Source of the DNA: Chrysemys picta bellii | Taxonomy: Eukaryota | DNA length: 64,000 bases | Assembly: GCF_011386835.1 (NCBI RefSeq) | Contig: NC_088805.1 | Span: forward strand, 27,962,001 to 28,026,000 | Direction of reading: 5' to 3' | Notes under the pieces: model-generated | Told to the model about the DNA's origin: nothing | The model's database searches: none | What the model saw: the letters and a program-made list of their open reading frames with translations, nothing else | Position numbers and translations under genes: made by a program | Part shown: positions 1 through 12,135 of the stretch, piece by piece | How positions within the stretch are numbered: position 1 is the stretch's first letter | Layout of the letters: every line of letters starts with the position of its first letter

Positions 1-1000
1 TAATAACGCGAAGCACAAGACGCTGCCCTTGCAGGAGATGAATGGGTTCCATTGTTGCCAGCAGAGCATACTGCATGTGTGAGCGTGGGGACTGGCCTGG
101 CTTGTGGGACACCCCATAGGATTGGATCTGTTTCACGGGGAGCAAAATTTGGCCTGAGCTGATGGAGAGAGCTCGAGAGGTAGCAGAAGTAGGACTTCGC
201 TGCTGGGCATCAGGGCACAAAGCGCAGAATCTCAGCTGGCCTCAGTACTCTGCACAGGCCTAGAGAGAAGGCTGTCATCTGGGGCCTGATCCTGCCGCCC
301 TAGCTCAGGAGTTTTTCCTCATTGCAGGGGCCAGTTCGGTGAGGAAGGACGGCAGGGGCTCGGGCTCTTAGGGAGATACATAGTGTTGACTTTGAAGATG
401 AGATTGTACCACACACAGGCTCTCTTGATTATCTTGCCAACGTAAAGCCAAACTAGCCCCTATGATTGTGCCAGTCTGATATGGCCAATGGTCCATGAAG
501 CCTGTAGCCTCTGACACGTGCCTGATGCGTCAGAGGAAAGGGGGAAAGCCCTTATACCCCACATGGACAATTTTACTGATGGAATGTGCTGGATAAGAGC
601 TAAGTGGTGGTGTTATTAATATGGCCCTATGTTAAAGAGGAACTGATCTGTTTGCAGTATCCCTTGCATACACTGAGATCGTTCACTCAAGTCCCTTCTT
701 GCATTGCTCCTAGGTAGGATATAAATCCTAAAGAGCTGCTGAGACCTTACGGGAAATATTCCCATTGTAGAGTGGCTCTGACACTTTCTCTCTCGTTTCT
801 GAGTACAGAGGCTCTTTGCTGAGCTCCTGCTGCTGATTAGCGCCTTTTAAATCCTAATCCTCTGCTTGCGACATAACCTGGCAGTGTGAAAGTGACCATG
901 ATGTCCCAGGCGGGAGATTGGGACTTCAGGGCTAAACTTTGCTTCACACAAGCTGCTTGGAAGCCTTCCCTACTAAGAAGAACAAACTTCTTTTCCCTAG

Positions 1001-1088
1001 GATGGTAAGAAGAGCAAAGACAAGAACAAAAAAACAAAAACTGGGGGAGAAAGTCCTGCAAGCCAGAAAACCACAGTGGCTGCCAAAG
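1001..1088 (+). CDS. LRRC43: LRRC43 penultimate coding exon (DGKKSKDKNKKTKTGGESPASQKTTVAAK-G)
   Basis: Acceptor ttttccctag ends at 1000 and donor AAG|gtaagg follows 1088. The 88 nt exon ends in phase 1, matching the next exon. It is Lys-rich like the human DSKKIKKVAKK segment and lies in the syntenic position upstream of B3GNT4. Confidence 0.7.
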
Positions 1089-1659
1089 GTAAGGGGAGAG
1101 GTAGAGCTCTCTAAGCTATCAGCATTTCTAGAGCCCCTAGGAAGGGCAGCGTCACTGAGCTGCACAATGAGCAAGGCAGCGCCAGCATCCTCCATCCATC
1201 CAGCTATAGGTTGCGCACAAGCATCTTCATAGCTCTAATTCAGCAAGGAACTTAAACACGTTCCTCATTTTCAGCCCACGAGTAGTTCCATTCACCTCAC
1301 TGGGATTGTATGTGTGTTTAAAGTTAGACACATGCTTAAGTACCTTGCTCAATTGGTGCCTAGCTAGCTAGATATGTGTGTACATATACATTCAGGGCAT
1401 GGCATGGGCTAGCTGATCCGATAGGGGAGTGTTGTCTAATATTAACATAGCATATACTAACACTTAGCAATCTCATTGTGTGTTTTCATCTGTAGATCTC
1501 AACGCACTTTGCAAAGGTAATATCAGGGCACAAAATGGGGAAGTGGCTTGCTCAGTCTCATACAATGAACCCATGGCAGGGCCAGGAATAGAACCCAACT
1601 CCCCTAATTAGCAGCCCTGCCTCTCCTATTCACCGGACTTCACCAGCCTTTAGAGTAAG

Positions 1660-1790
1660 GGATTGGCCATCAATACTCTTAGCATCTTGTCCAGCTCTGG
1701 TGCTGAGTGTGTGATCTGGGGAAAGTCTCTTAACCCCTCTGCCTCAGTTTCCCTGTCTGTGAATCAGAGCCGCCCCCATCTGAAGGGTGA
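1660..1790 (+). mobile_element. MIR/CORE-type SINE relic
   Basis: Contains the core motif tgtgatctggggaaagtctcttaacccctctgcctcagtttccctgtctgtgaa. Boundaries are approximate. Confidence 0.55.
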
Positions 1791-3704
1791 GAACAGGATG
1801 TGAGGTCCTTGCTTTTCAATATTTCTGCGGGAAGAGGAGTCTCTTGTAGACTCAGGGCGACTTTCTGATTCCCCAGTGTCCTAGGTCCTTGCCCACCAGT
1901 GTTCGAGAAGACAGTGTCCCTGCTGCTTTCTGGCCAGTGCTCATCCCTGCCTGAGAGAAAGTTGTATGAAAAGACAGTTTGTTGAACCAGCTACGACACT
2001 TACCCCATAGAATGAGAGACACATTTGAAACAAGTGTTAAATGTTTCTGGAAGTTTCATGCTCCTGGATGCTGCACTGAACTGGGTCACCACCCTAGCAG
2101 CCCACTCAACCATATAGGGAAGGAGGACACAGCCACTAGTCCACCTAGTGTCAGCGCATTTGTAACAAACCAAATGTATTGTAACCTTTGCAGAGGGCAG
2201 GCTTGGAAGGTTACAAGCAGCACTTAGCACCTGGGGTTTCTTTTTATTTTTTTTAATGACTGGACGATCACCTCCTGCAGCCTCAGCAAGATGATGGAAT
2301 CAGATATGCAATAAATATCCAAGTGTGTTATCATGGACTTGGAAAACCCATTGGGATTAAGCAGAGAGTTTCACTTAGTTTGGCATTTCCTTACTTCTGT
2401 GCATATTAAGGCTAGCTAACCCTTTCCCTTGGCTGGCAGAGCAGGGGAGCAGCTGATTGCATGGGCATAGTTTACAGGGGTAGGAGGCATTGCCCCTACC
2501 AAACTGCAAGCTTCCGGCAGCTGCAGAATTTGCCCCCCCCCCCCCCCCCCCATGCATGGCCCCGTTGGCCTGCATGGAGCTGCCCCTCCAAATATAGAAG
2601 TCAAACTACGCCTATACTTGATTGTCTTTCAAAGATTCGGGACATAATCTCTTGTACCCCTGCTCAGCCAGCAGCCTTTAGCAAGTAGCTTGAGGTTTCC
2701 ATTGCTTGTTGTTGAGGGTTCATAGACAAAGAGGTGGTCGTATTTCCACAAGTCAGATCTGAACTATTAGAGCTCAGAAAAGCTGGTGGGATAATTTAAG
2801 GTGGGATTCGCTGTGTTTGTTGTTTTTCCTGGCTGTGCACACACCTGCCAGGGATTCATGAAAATGTGTGCAAATCTTTAAAGTGTCATGAATTCTATCA
2901 CAAATTATCAGGCTGGACAGTGGGTTATTCACCATTCGCTATTCTCCTGTTTAAAAAGTATGTCAACGTTCAGGGAGCAGAAATGTCATGTGAGTTAGAG
3001 GGCTGATCACATACTACAGATAATGAAGAGTCAAAAGCTTTAGCTACACTCACAAACCTGGTACTAACGGGAGTAGATGTAATTCACCACTGGTGGAAGC
3101 TGCAGTATAGATCCCATAGAAGACATCTGAGCTCTGTCTACACTACAGCTTTCCCTGCTACCACTCTTGGAGCTGCACCAGTGATGAATGATAGCTACAG
3201 AGTTTGCTAATGCAGGTGCAGCCACAGAGAACGGTTTGCTAATAACCCATAGTCTGAAATTAGTGTGCATCATCTATTCAACAAATATGTACAAATAGTG
3301 AAAACTATCGTAGAAATCAGGATCCCTCGTCAACAGGGGAAAGAGGGAAGTCTCATCCACAATGAATGATTTGACCAGACACTGAAAGATGTATTCTCAG
3401 TCTGAGGCATGCAGGTTTCGTGTGACCCCTGAACAGCTTCTCTGGGTGCTTTGGAATTTCTGTTTCTGCTTCTCTCCTTTGACTGGTGGATATTGAATAA
3501 TTCTAAAACAACAAAGCAAAACTGTACCCAGCTGGATTGAGCATCTTAACATTTGGATTCTTATCCAACAAATTCAGGTTCAAATTGATCTGTATTAAGG
3601 AACTGGAATGACTGCAAAAACTTCAAGGACACATGCAGCACATTCAGAGTATTGGAGTTTTCTAGGGTTGTTTCCTAAAAACAATGCCTAACTGTTTTCC
3701 TCAG

Positions 3705-3832
3705 GAAAAGGAAAAAACAAAGAATCTCCTGAAGGGAAGGAAGTCCAAGAAATCCAGCCTGTGCCTCTGACAGTAGAATTCCAAGTTCAATTGATTCAGT
3801 GGACAGCCGCATTTGATGCCCAGCACCAATAA
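3705..3832 (+). CDS. LRRC43: LRRC43 last coding exon (GKGKNKESPEGKEVQEIQPVPLTVEFQVQLIQWTAAFDAQHQ*)
   Basis: Acceptor ttttcctcag ends at 3704, phase 1. PVPLTVEFQVQLIQW matches the recalled human LRRC43 C-terminal PEPLTVEVQIQLNQC. TAA is at 3830-3832. Confidence 0.8.
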
Positions 3833-3910
3833 AGAAATGAGAAGCACTTGCTTGATGATGCAGTTTCACGTAATGTGTCCAGCAAAAAAACCTACAGTCT
3901 ACATTACTGA

Positions 3911-3960
3911 AATAAAACTGTGAAGCTTGCTGGGTGTTGGTTGGTTTGTTTGTGTTTGTA
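3911..3960 (+). terminator. LRRC43 polyadenylation signal with GU-rich downstream element
   Basis: AATAAA at 3911-3916 is followed by gggtgttggttggtttgtttgtgtttgt. A second AATAAA at 3828-3833 overlaps the stop codon. Confidence 0.55.
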
Positions 3961-4067
3961 GGGCTCAATCCTGAGAGGCTTGGACATACTCTCAACTCCC
4001 ACTGACTGCTGAGTTTGCTGTGACTCCCACTCAAGCCAATGGGAGCTTTGCCAGACCTCAGTGGGTG

Positions 4068-4450
4068 TGTAACAGGGTGATCTGCCCCGTTACAGGTCCA
4101 GGGGCTTGGAGCCCGCCAGCCCCCTTCAGAGACATAGGGTCAGGCCTGGGAGAGGGGATGATCAGACCCAGCTGGGAAGGAGTCTGGCTGAAAGAGCTTG
4201 GTTGACAAAAGAGCTGTGAGAAGGACAGTGGCTGCTGAGGCTGGCCCTGGAGCTGGGGGAAGAAATGCAAAGGGAAAGGCTTTTGGGTTCCTGCTTTGGC
4301 TAGGGGAATAACTTTGTGAGTTTTGTGACTGAAGAATAAAACGGTACCCAGAAGATAGGGCCTGAATGGCCTTTGGGAGTGGAGTTGGTCCCTCCTAGGC
4401 TGGGGAGATGAACCAGCAGTCCGAGCAGGAGCAGGCCTCCTGGCCATAGA
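4068..4450 (+). mobile_element. Short LTR-like element (tgtaac start, internal AATAAA)
   Basis: Starts tgtaacagggtg, has a purine-rich body and aataaaac near 4336. It resembles common turtle solo-LTR-like repeats. The right end is uncertain. Confidence 0.35.
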
Positions 4451-4812
4451 GAAGTTCTTAAAACCAGAAGTCACTAATGGCAGTGAGCTGAAATGTAGTA
4501 GTAGGAGTCTCGGTGGGAGCCGCCTGTCCAGTTTTCTTTGATGGAGTTTGGATTGGCAAATACAAGATGGCGGTGTCCATGCTCAGCACTCCTGGGTTTT
4601 ATTCCCAGCCGTCCCACTAATTTATGCTTTCTGTAGTGGTTGAAGATTATTCATCAGCAGGTCAAGCTCCTAATGTCATCTGAACTCTTGTCACTGGGGT
4701 GTGAATCAGAGGTGACACATGGGGGAACATGCAGGCTCATGTGCCCCCAGATTTCTGCAATGTTTTATATGCCCTGCCCTGAACCCGGCTACATACCACC
4801 AGAACCTTTAAA

Positions 4813-4995
4813 TTCATAGAATATCAGGGTTAGAAGGGACCTCAGGAGGTCATTTAGTCCAACCCCCTGCTCAGAGCAGGACAGATCCCCAGACAGTTTT
4901 TTTTTTTAACCCCAGTTCCCTAAATGGTCCCCTCAGGGCTGAACTCACAACCCTGGGTTTAGCAGGCCAATGCTCAAACCACTGAGCTATCCCCT
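4813..4995 (-). mobile_element. Tortoise PolIII/SINE (tRNA-derived head, CR1-like tail)
   Basis: The minus strand reads GGGATAGCTCAGTGGTTTGAGCATTGGCCTGCTAAACCCAGGGTTGTGAGTTCAG (A and B boxes) and ends ...GGTCCCTTCTAACCCTGATATTCTATGA, like the CR1 3' end. Confidence 0.85.
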
Positions 4996-5780
4996 CTCAA
5001 CAACTATGTGTCATCTCTGGCATCAATTCATTTTCAGAATCTCTGGCACTTTTGTTCCTGGGCTGCTGTCCTGGGGCATCTTTAACAGTAGCTGAGAGCT
5101 GAGGATGAGCCGTCTTCAATGCTCTGCTTTCTCCAGGGAGAAAACTGAAAGGCAGAGTCCTAAGATGACAGGTCTATTTGCCTTCTCAGCCAGATGGTAT
5201 CGCCAGAGCCGCACACCTGAGATACTGTACTGCTGGGCTAGAAAACAATAATTTGCAGAGCTGCCCTTCAAGGAGAACTTGACAAGACAGATCACAAGAG
5301 AGTAGCTTGCGTGGCCCTTGTGGGTCTGCTAGAAAAGAAGTGGAGACCTACTTATGCTTCAGGAGCTTGTAAGAAGAGATGGTTGATGTCAGTAAGAAGA
5401 GGGTTGGGTGACCCAGACAGTCTCTCCCCACAGGACAGCGCAGCTGTTGAAAAGGCAGCGTGTATTTGTTTCCCTAAGGATTTATTGGTGATGTTCCCCA
5501 AAGCAGAGGGAAGTCACTAGAAGGTATGGGATAAAGTGGGGAAGGCCCCCAGATCCACACACGTTGTAATATGTTTCAGCAAATGATGCTAGATGCTATA
5601 GAAAAAGAGTGAGAGCTGGCCAATGCAGAGGGCTATTGTCAAATATATTCCTTGGAGATGGCTGGTGTTGAATGATCAGAGCCAGACAACCCTGGCTCCA
5701 ACTGGGGAGCAGTGTTATTCTATGGTCTGCCTACAATCCCCATCTAATTGGTTGTTTCTCAAAGTGATCAGTGGTGAAAC

Positions 5781-6482
5781 TGATTAGATTAGGACCTCAT
5801 CACATCAGCCATACCATCAGGGGCTTGTTCACCTGCACATCTGCCAATGTGATATATGCCATCATGTGCCAGCAATGCCCCTCTGCCATGTACATTGGCC
5901 AAACCGGACAGTCTCTACGCAAAAGAATTAATGGACACAAATCTGACATCAGGAATCATAATACTCAAAAACCAGTGGGAGAACACTTTAACCTGTCTGG
6001 TCATTCAATGACAGACCTGCGGGTGGCTATATTACAACAGAAAAACTTCAAAAACAGATTCCAATGAGAGACTGCTGAGCTGAAATTGATATGCAAACTA
6101 GACACAATCAACTCAGGATTGAATAAGGACTGGGAATGGCTGAGCCATTACAAACATTGAATCTATCTCCCCTTGTAAGTATTCTCACACTTCTTATCAA
6201 ACTGTCTGTACTGGGCTATCTTGATTATCACTTCAAAAAAAAATTTTTTCCCCCCTTACTTAATTGGCCTCTCAGAGTTGGTAAGACAATTCCCACCTGT
6301 TCATGCTCTCTGTATGTGTGTATATATATCTCCTCAATATTTATTCCACTCTATATGCATCCAAAGAAGTGGGCTGTAGCCCATGAAAGCTTATGCTCTA
6401 ATAAATTTGTTAGTCTTTAAGGTGCCACAAGTACTCCTGTTCGTTTTGCGGATACAGACTAACACGGCTGCTACTCTGAAAC
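5781..6482 (+). mobile_element. 5'-truncated Penelope-like (Neptune-type) retroelement: GIY-YIG endonuclease remnant, 3' tail and hammerhead-like motif
   Basis: ORF 5771-6067 has the GIY-YIG signature VIYAIMC...MYIGQT plus CCHH residues. The frame continues past a TGA at 6065 (ETAELKLICKLDTINSGLNKDWEWL). The element is flanked by a 12-bp direct repeat CAGTGGTGAAAC (5769-5780 and 6483-6494). Confidence 0.9.
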
Positions 6483-7179
6483 CAGTGGTGAAACAGTTAA
6501 CAGCGCTACCATTTAACCTGTCCCCTGTGGATTTCTGAATTAACACCAGCTGAGATTCATTCTAAGACAATTCACACTCCTCAGTCCTAGCTATTGTTTC
6601 AGGGTCTCCGACGAGCCAGGCAGGCAGCCCAGCAGCGGGTCCGAGCCAGAAGATTTTCCTTGGAAAGCGAAACGCAAAACAAAAACAAATCTTAAATGCT
6701 GCAGAGATGGCTGGGCCACGAGGAAGGCCCTTAGGGCTGGGTCCAGACCTACCGCAGCAGGATGACAAACCCTTCCACTCTTCACCCGTAGGAATTAAGT
6801 TTTCATGTGAGCCGAGTTTGTGCTCTATTTAAAGCAGAGTTCCCCCCCCCCCTTCAATCTTGATCCTCGGGGGCCAGCAGAGGCGCTCTGGTAAGGCCCT
6901 GCCCCAAGCACAACCTGAATCCAGCCCTTGCAGCCAAAGGGGAAATTAGGGAGCAGGTGGGGGGGCAGGGGATTTCCAATAAAACGCTAGCCCCCCCCCC
7001 CGGGGTGTGTGTATGGATTGACTGTTCTCAGCCCGGGACAGAGCGGGGGGCAGACCCTTGCCTCCCCCCCCAAACAGCCGGGAGGGAGGGAGTCAAACCA
7101 AAGTGCCTTGGCCGAACAGGGTGTCACCCCACTAACCCCGCTCAGCCCCTCGCCTTTGCCATTAGCATTCCCAGCAGCG

Positions 7180-7800
7180 CCGCTCGATGCCTGAGCCCCC
7201 GGCTGCACCTTCCCCCTGGCTCAGCAGCTTTCGGGGGCAGGGGGATTTGAATTCATCCCGGCTCTATTTGCATGAGAGTAAATGCCTCCCTCATCGGGGG
7301 CGGCGCGCTCTCCCGCAGCTGACCCATTCACCGGCCGCTGGCGCCAGTCACTCCGCCTCGCTCGCGCCCCCCTTGCCCCAAATCCCGGAGCCTCTGCTGC
7401 TGCGGCTGGTTGATTTCACGTCCGCGCGAGTCTGCCCGCCGTTTCTATGGCGACGCCGGCCGGGCTCCAGAGCGGCGCGAGCCCATTGGATGCGGCTTCG
7501 GCTGGAACTGGGAGCGAGCGGCTCCCAGAGCCAGATGCACGCGCCCAACAGAAAGAGGGGGCAGGAAGGGGGTTCAGGCCTCCATGCACCACCCCCGCCT
7601 CCCCCTGTTTAAACTGAAGCCTAGTGAAAGATTTGCTTGCAGCAGGCGAGGGCTTGCATGGTGCATGTGAGGAGCGCTCCTTGCAGAGCACCAGCCCCCG
7701 AGGAGAAGTCGGTGCTGCGGGAAAGGTAAGAGGGGAGGGAGAGCCTTGTACAACTCGGAGGAATGGTTTGCACCGATCGTGGCCGGGTCTTGCGGGGTTC
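7180..7800 (+). promoter_or_regulatory. CpG-rich island; probable B3GNT4 promoter and non-coding first exon
   Basis: High CpG density at about 7290-7540, octamer ATTTGCAT at 7266-7273, inverted CCAAT near 7484, and a consensus donor AAG|gtaaga at 7725/7726. Confidence 0.55.
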
Positions 7801-10441
7801 AGCAGAAGATGCAGTCTCCTGGAAGGGAGCTGCCAAACTCGCTTCAAAGCTTTACTGGGAGACTAGCTCTTTTTTTCTGCACGCCATCTCCTTTACATAA
7901 ATGACAGCCCAGCGTTGTGAGGTTTGGGAACGTTACTGATTAGGCTTTGGTGGGATGTTTGGGTCCTTTTAATAACTAAGGACTTAATTGATTGTAACAG
8001 CGAGTCTAAAGTCAGACCTCTGATTTACTTCAATCATTGACCGGTGGATTCTGTATAGGAGCGACCAGGCGGCTACAAATAACGTCTGTGTATTAAAGGG
8101 CGACAGAATGTTACAGGGCTGGGAGTCAGTGGCATAAATGATCCCGTTTGCCTAGGACAGCAAAAAGTTCAGTCTCTCTGTTGATTGGATGCTAGATACC
8201 TAGGGAATGTTGCAACCGTTCTAAATTTCACATGCACGATGGATCATGGAGAAACTGGCCCACGTAGAGCACCACTTCTCCCAATATTAGCCCCTGTGTA
8301 ACCAAACCCTTTATGGTTTGGCCACAGCTTTTAAACCTTAACCTCTCTGAGGTTCCCCTTCGTCTGGTGTACCCCGCAGGCACTGGTATTGTCGCAGTAT
8401 GAGTGTGGGCTTCTTCTCATGCCATGATAAATTCCACCCTAAATGCAAAAAAACGGGACTAACTATAAACACTGTTTGTAAGGCAGCATCGAAACCTGGC
8501 TGTCGCTGGGTTCCTAGGCCAAAGATCTTAATAACAGTTAAACATTAAACACTTTCAATTGGGGGCACTATCCGTCTCTGCAGCTTCTCTAGCTCTTAAA
8601 AACGATGTGTCATCCTTGTGTAAAGTCAGGATCCTTGTAAGGCTTCTAATGTTGGATTCAGGCACCAAGTGCCCTTCTACTGAAATGTGGGGTCCGTTGC
8701 CAGTGCAAGCACCAGTGTGCCTGTCTGACACTTTAAAATTCTAAATGGGAACGTTTGGTGAGGGGAAAACTAGGTTAAGTCCTTCTGCTTGTAATGGACT
8801 GTTAGAACGCTGTGGCAGAACTGGAGTTGGGTGGGGAATGGGGCCTAATAGTGCTTTTCTTTTCTTAAAAGGAAGAGGGAAAGTTGTCGCCTGTCAAGCA
8901 AGTGTGGTTGATACATAGATGTGCTAAAAAGAAAAAAACGTTTTGTGGTCAAGGCACAAGGGTGGGTGTGAGGAGATGTAGTTTGTGATCCCCGCTGTGG
9001 CACAAAGATGCTGAAAGGAAGTAGGATGCTGTAAAACCCATTTGCTGTATGACTTGGATATGGGCTCTTACCTGAGAGATCTTTTTAACAAAACCAAAGC
9101 TTTAGGATTGCGCTTCAGACAAGCTGTTCACTTAGATTAATGTTGTTAGCTGACCTAATTTGCAAGCTTGGTAGCTGGAGGGACAGAATACTGCCTCTGA
9201 CTGAAACCTGTTGGCTTGTTCTGTGCTCTACTGCCTGCACAGAATTAAAGATATCTATGAGTAAATGCCATGACATTCTTTTTAAGGCTGCCTTTAAAAC
9301 AATACTGAACATAGAGGCTATGCAGCATTGGCTGCTTCAGCTGACAGACATGAGGGCACTGAAAAAGCTATTGTACTCTCTCAGAAATGGGATTCCAGGT
9401 TTGCATACTGTACCTGGAACCCCCTGCAAAACTTAAAACAGACCGATAAACTTCAGCTGGCCAAACAAATGGCTAGATTAGACTAATTTGGCAGATGGGA
9501 AGCACCCCGAGGCCTCGACTGCATGCCTCAACAGCATGCAACCGCAGAGAGAACTAGACGGGGTGAGTGAGCGGGGAAGGAAGCCCAGAGACTTGCCTGC
9601 TACGTGTACTCCCATTTGGCACTCAGACCAAACTACCATGGCTATCCAAGCATCCCTGCTGCCCCCAGTGTTCCTAAAACAGGCTGACACTAGATGATGC
9701 AAATAGGGCTTTGACTCTAATGGGAAGAGCAGTTTGAATAGCTTGCATCAAGCTAGCTCTGTCCTTGCAAGAGCCTTGTGTGAGCTGCAGCACTTGGCCT
9801 ATGTGGCCGTGTGATGGTTCTCTGCGCTTCCTGAGACCTTCTCATAATACATATTGGGCACTGCCCAAGAGCAGTGTTAGCTTTGAATTTGCGAGCTGAT
9901 CTTGGGCTGAGTACCCTCCTTTCCTAAAGGAGAGGCTGGAAATTGAGAGCACGCCGCACCTTGCAGGATTGGGCCCAAATTGAGCAGTGACTCAATTCAT
10001 AGGCTAATGAGCTCACAGTCCAACATTAGAATCTGTCCCCGTCCGTCGTTCTCTCTCCCCCCCACCCCCCATCTGAGCACTGGCAGCTCTCAAAGTGAGC
10101 AGCCCTGACACCAGTACTCTGGGCTGGGCAGGGACAAACCTGTGTCCTTCCTTGTTTAAGTGGAGTAATGGGACAGCTCCTGATCCCATTAAATTCAATA
10201 ACATCTTTGCTATTGAAGTCTATGGGAATTAGATGTGTAAGCTGCCTTAGGTGCTTTTGTACATCCCACTGGATCCCTATCTGCATCTTTAAGCCCCTAA
10301 ATAGCTTTGGCCTGTAGACTCTTGTGATAATTGTTTAGAAAGTCTCTTTAGCATTGAGACAAGAAGCCTAAATGCTCCTTTAATAAATTTTGTGTGTTTC
10401 CTTTAACTGTGCAGGGATTGGCTCCTGCTCCAGTGTTCGAG

Positions 10442-11530
10442 ATGTATCCCAGGATAAGAACGGTTGCACTATATACCGTCTCAATCACGTTGATTGCGTT
10501 CCTTATGTATATAAGGAAAGAGACTAAGTTGGCTGTGTCTCCAGCAGCCAGGAAGATAGCTGCACCAAATCCCAGCAATACGTTCTGGGCCCTGGAGCAG
10601 ACTGAACCCAGCAAATGTTTGCCAGACCTGACAATTGCCAGTTCCTCTGCTGCACTCCCAGAGCTTCACCGCACCTTCTTAATGTACAAGCACTGCAGGA
10701 ACTTTTCCACACTGCTGAAGCCCTCGAGATGCAGTGAGGAAACATTCCTCTTGCTGGCAATCAAGTCTCCCCCAATCAACATAGACCGTAGGGTTGCTAT
10801 CAGGAACACATGGGGGAAAGAAGTGGCCATTGGCAGCAAGCCAATCAAGCTGGTGTTCTTGCTTGGGCGCTCAGAGGCCAAAATCCAGGCTCACTCCCTC
10901 CACCAGCTGCTGGTCTATGAGAGCCAAGAGTTTGATGACATTGTCCAGTGGGATTTCACCGACAACTTCTTCAACTTGACACTGAAGGAGCTGCACTTCC
11001 TCCGGTGGTTCATGGAGGATTGTCCCCAGGCCAGGTTTGTGCTGAAGGGCGATGATGACGTTTTTGTCAACACCTACAATATCGTTGAGTTCCTCAAGGA
11101 ACTCAAACCTGGGCAGGATCTCTTTGTTGGGGATGTGATCAGCAAGGCCCGTCCTATAAGAAACACCAAAGTAAAATATTTCATCCCGGAGTCTATGTAC
11201 AAAGCGCCCTACTATCCTCTCTATGCTGGTGGCGGTGGCTATGTGATGTCCAGAACGACAGTGCAGCGACTCCAGAGCACCGCTGAGGACACCGAACTCT
11301 TCCCAATAGATGATGTCTTTGTGGGAATGTGTCTGGCAAAGATGGCAGTGACTCCATTGAACCATGCTGGCTTTAAGACCTTTGGGATCCAGAGGCCCTT
11401 TAATCCTTTTGATCCATGTCTGTACAAAGAACTGATGATAGTGCACAAGCTGAACCCCACCGAGATGTGGATCATGTGGACGCTGGTAAAGGATGACCGT
11501 ATTAGGTGTGCTGTATCATTAACTCAGTAA
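10442..11530 (+). CDS. B3GNT4: UDP-GlcNAc:betaGal beta-1,3-N-acetylglucosaminyltransferase 4 (GT31 family), single coding exon, 362 aa from ATG 10442
   Basis: Type II membrane N-terminus. GT31 motifs [49 protein letters not shown] and [12 protein letters not shown] are present. Acceptor ctttaactgtgcag ends at 10414, upstream of the ATG. Syntenic between LRRC43 and DIABLO. Confidence 0.92.
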   Translation: MYPRIRTVALYTVSITLIAFLMYIRKETKLAVSPAARKIAAPNPSNTFWALEQTEPSKCLPDLTIASSSAALPELHRTFLMYKHCRNFSTLLKPSRCSEETFLLLAIKSPPINIDRRVAIRNTWGKEVAIGSKPIKLVFLLGRSEAKIQAHSLHQLLVYESQEFDDIVQWDFTDNFFNLTLKELHFLRWFMEDCPQARFVLKGDDDVFVNTYNIVEFLKELKPGQDLFVGDVISKARPIRNTKVKYFIPESMYKAPYYPLYAGGGGYVMSRTTVQRLQSTAEDTELFPIDDVFVGMCLAKMAVTPLNHAGFKTFGIQRPFNPFDPCLYKELMIVHKLNPTEMWIMWTLVKDDRIRCAVSLTQ

Positions 11531-11760
11531 CTCACAAAACGAGACTGCTGATGCTAAGGGGGGAGCGAGGGAACAGAACGATGGTGGTGGTTACTCCAGA
11601 TTGCTTAAACTGATATTAAAAATAGAAACAAAAGAAAGTTGTAGTAGATGATACATTTTTAACAGACTGTAGTTTTACAGTAGGGTAATGTTCTGCAATG
11701 AGCCTCTGAAAATATATTGTTGGGTTACTGAAGCATCACAAGGTTGAACTGAAAACACGT

Positions 11761-12135
11761 AGGGAGATAGCTCAGGGACTTGGTATTGTGATTGGGATTG
11801 CTTCCTCTCTAGATCACTGTTTTGAATTCCGCCCACCTGGGTGGTTCTGAGTGGCTGGTTGCAAAGTGAGGTGGTGGTCTTAGTGCCAGTTCTGATGGTG
11901 GCTCTTGGACGCCAGTGTCCAAGTTACAACTGCCAACCTTACTAGCAGTCTCTAGTTACTGGCCTTCCTACTAAACAGGCAATACAGCCTGAACTCACCC
12001 ATTGACCCATGAAATCAGGGCTAAGGCACAAGAAGTGTGTGGACAAGCTTATGCTGCTGGGTCTGTGCATCTCCTGTCAAGGACTTCACTGTCCAGGGTT
12101 AGCAATCCAGCAGACTTCACCAGCACTAAATTTAC
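11761..12135 (+). mobile_element. Near full-length LF-SINE relic downstream of the B3GNT4 stop
   Basis: tRNA-like head gatagctcagggacttggta...tagatcactg, middle ggtggtggtcttagtgccagttc and agcagtctc, tail gacttcaccagcactaaatttac. These are collinear with the recalled LF-SINE consensus. Confidence 0.7.

Noticed and set aside
944-1195. Minus-strand ORF with a hydrophobic, TM-like stretch (FCFFVLVFALLTILG)
   Set aside because: It is the antisense of the Lys-rich LRRC43 exon at 1001-1088; AAA/AAG codons read as Phe/Leu on the other strand.
4930-4995. tRNA-like sequence with A/B boxes (also 53590-53660 and about 47150-47230)
   Set aside because: These are SINE heads, not tRNA genes: there is no complete cloverleaf and they continue into retroposon body or tail.
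7187-7866. Multiple ORFs of 66-143 aa
   Set aside because: These are CpG-island artefacts at the B3GNT4 promoter with no domain similarity.
10871-11446. 191-aa minus-strand ORF
   Set aside because: It is an antisense shadow of the B3GNT4 CDS, with no recognisable domain or independent splice or promoter signals.
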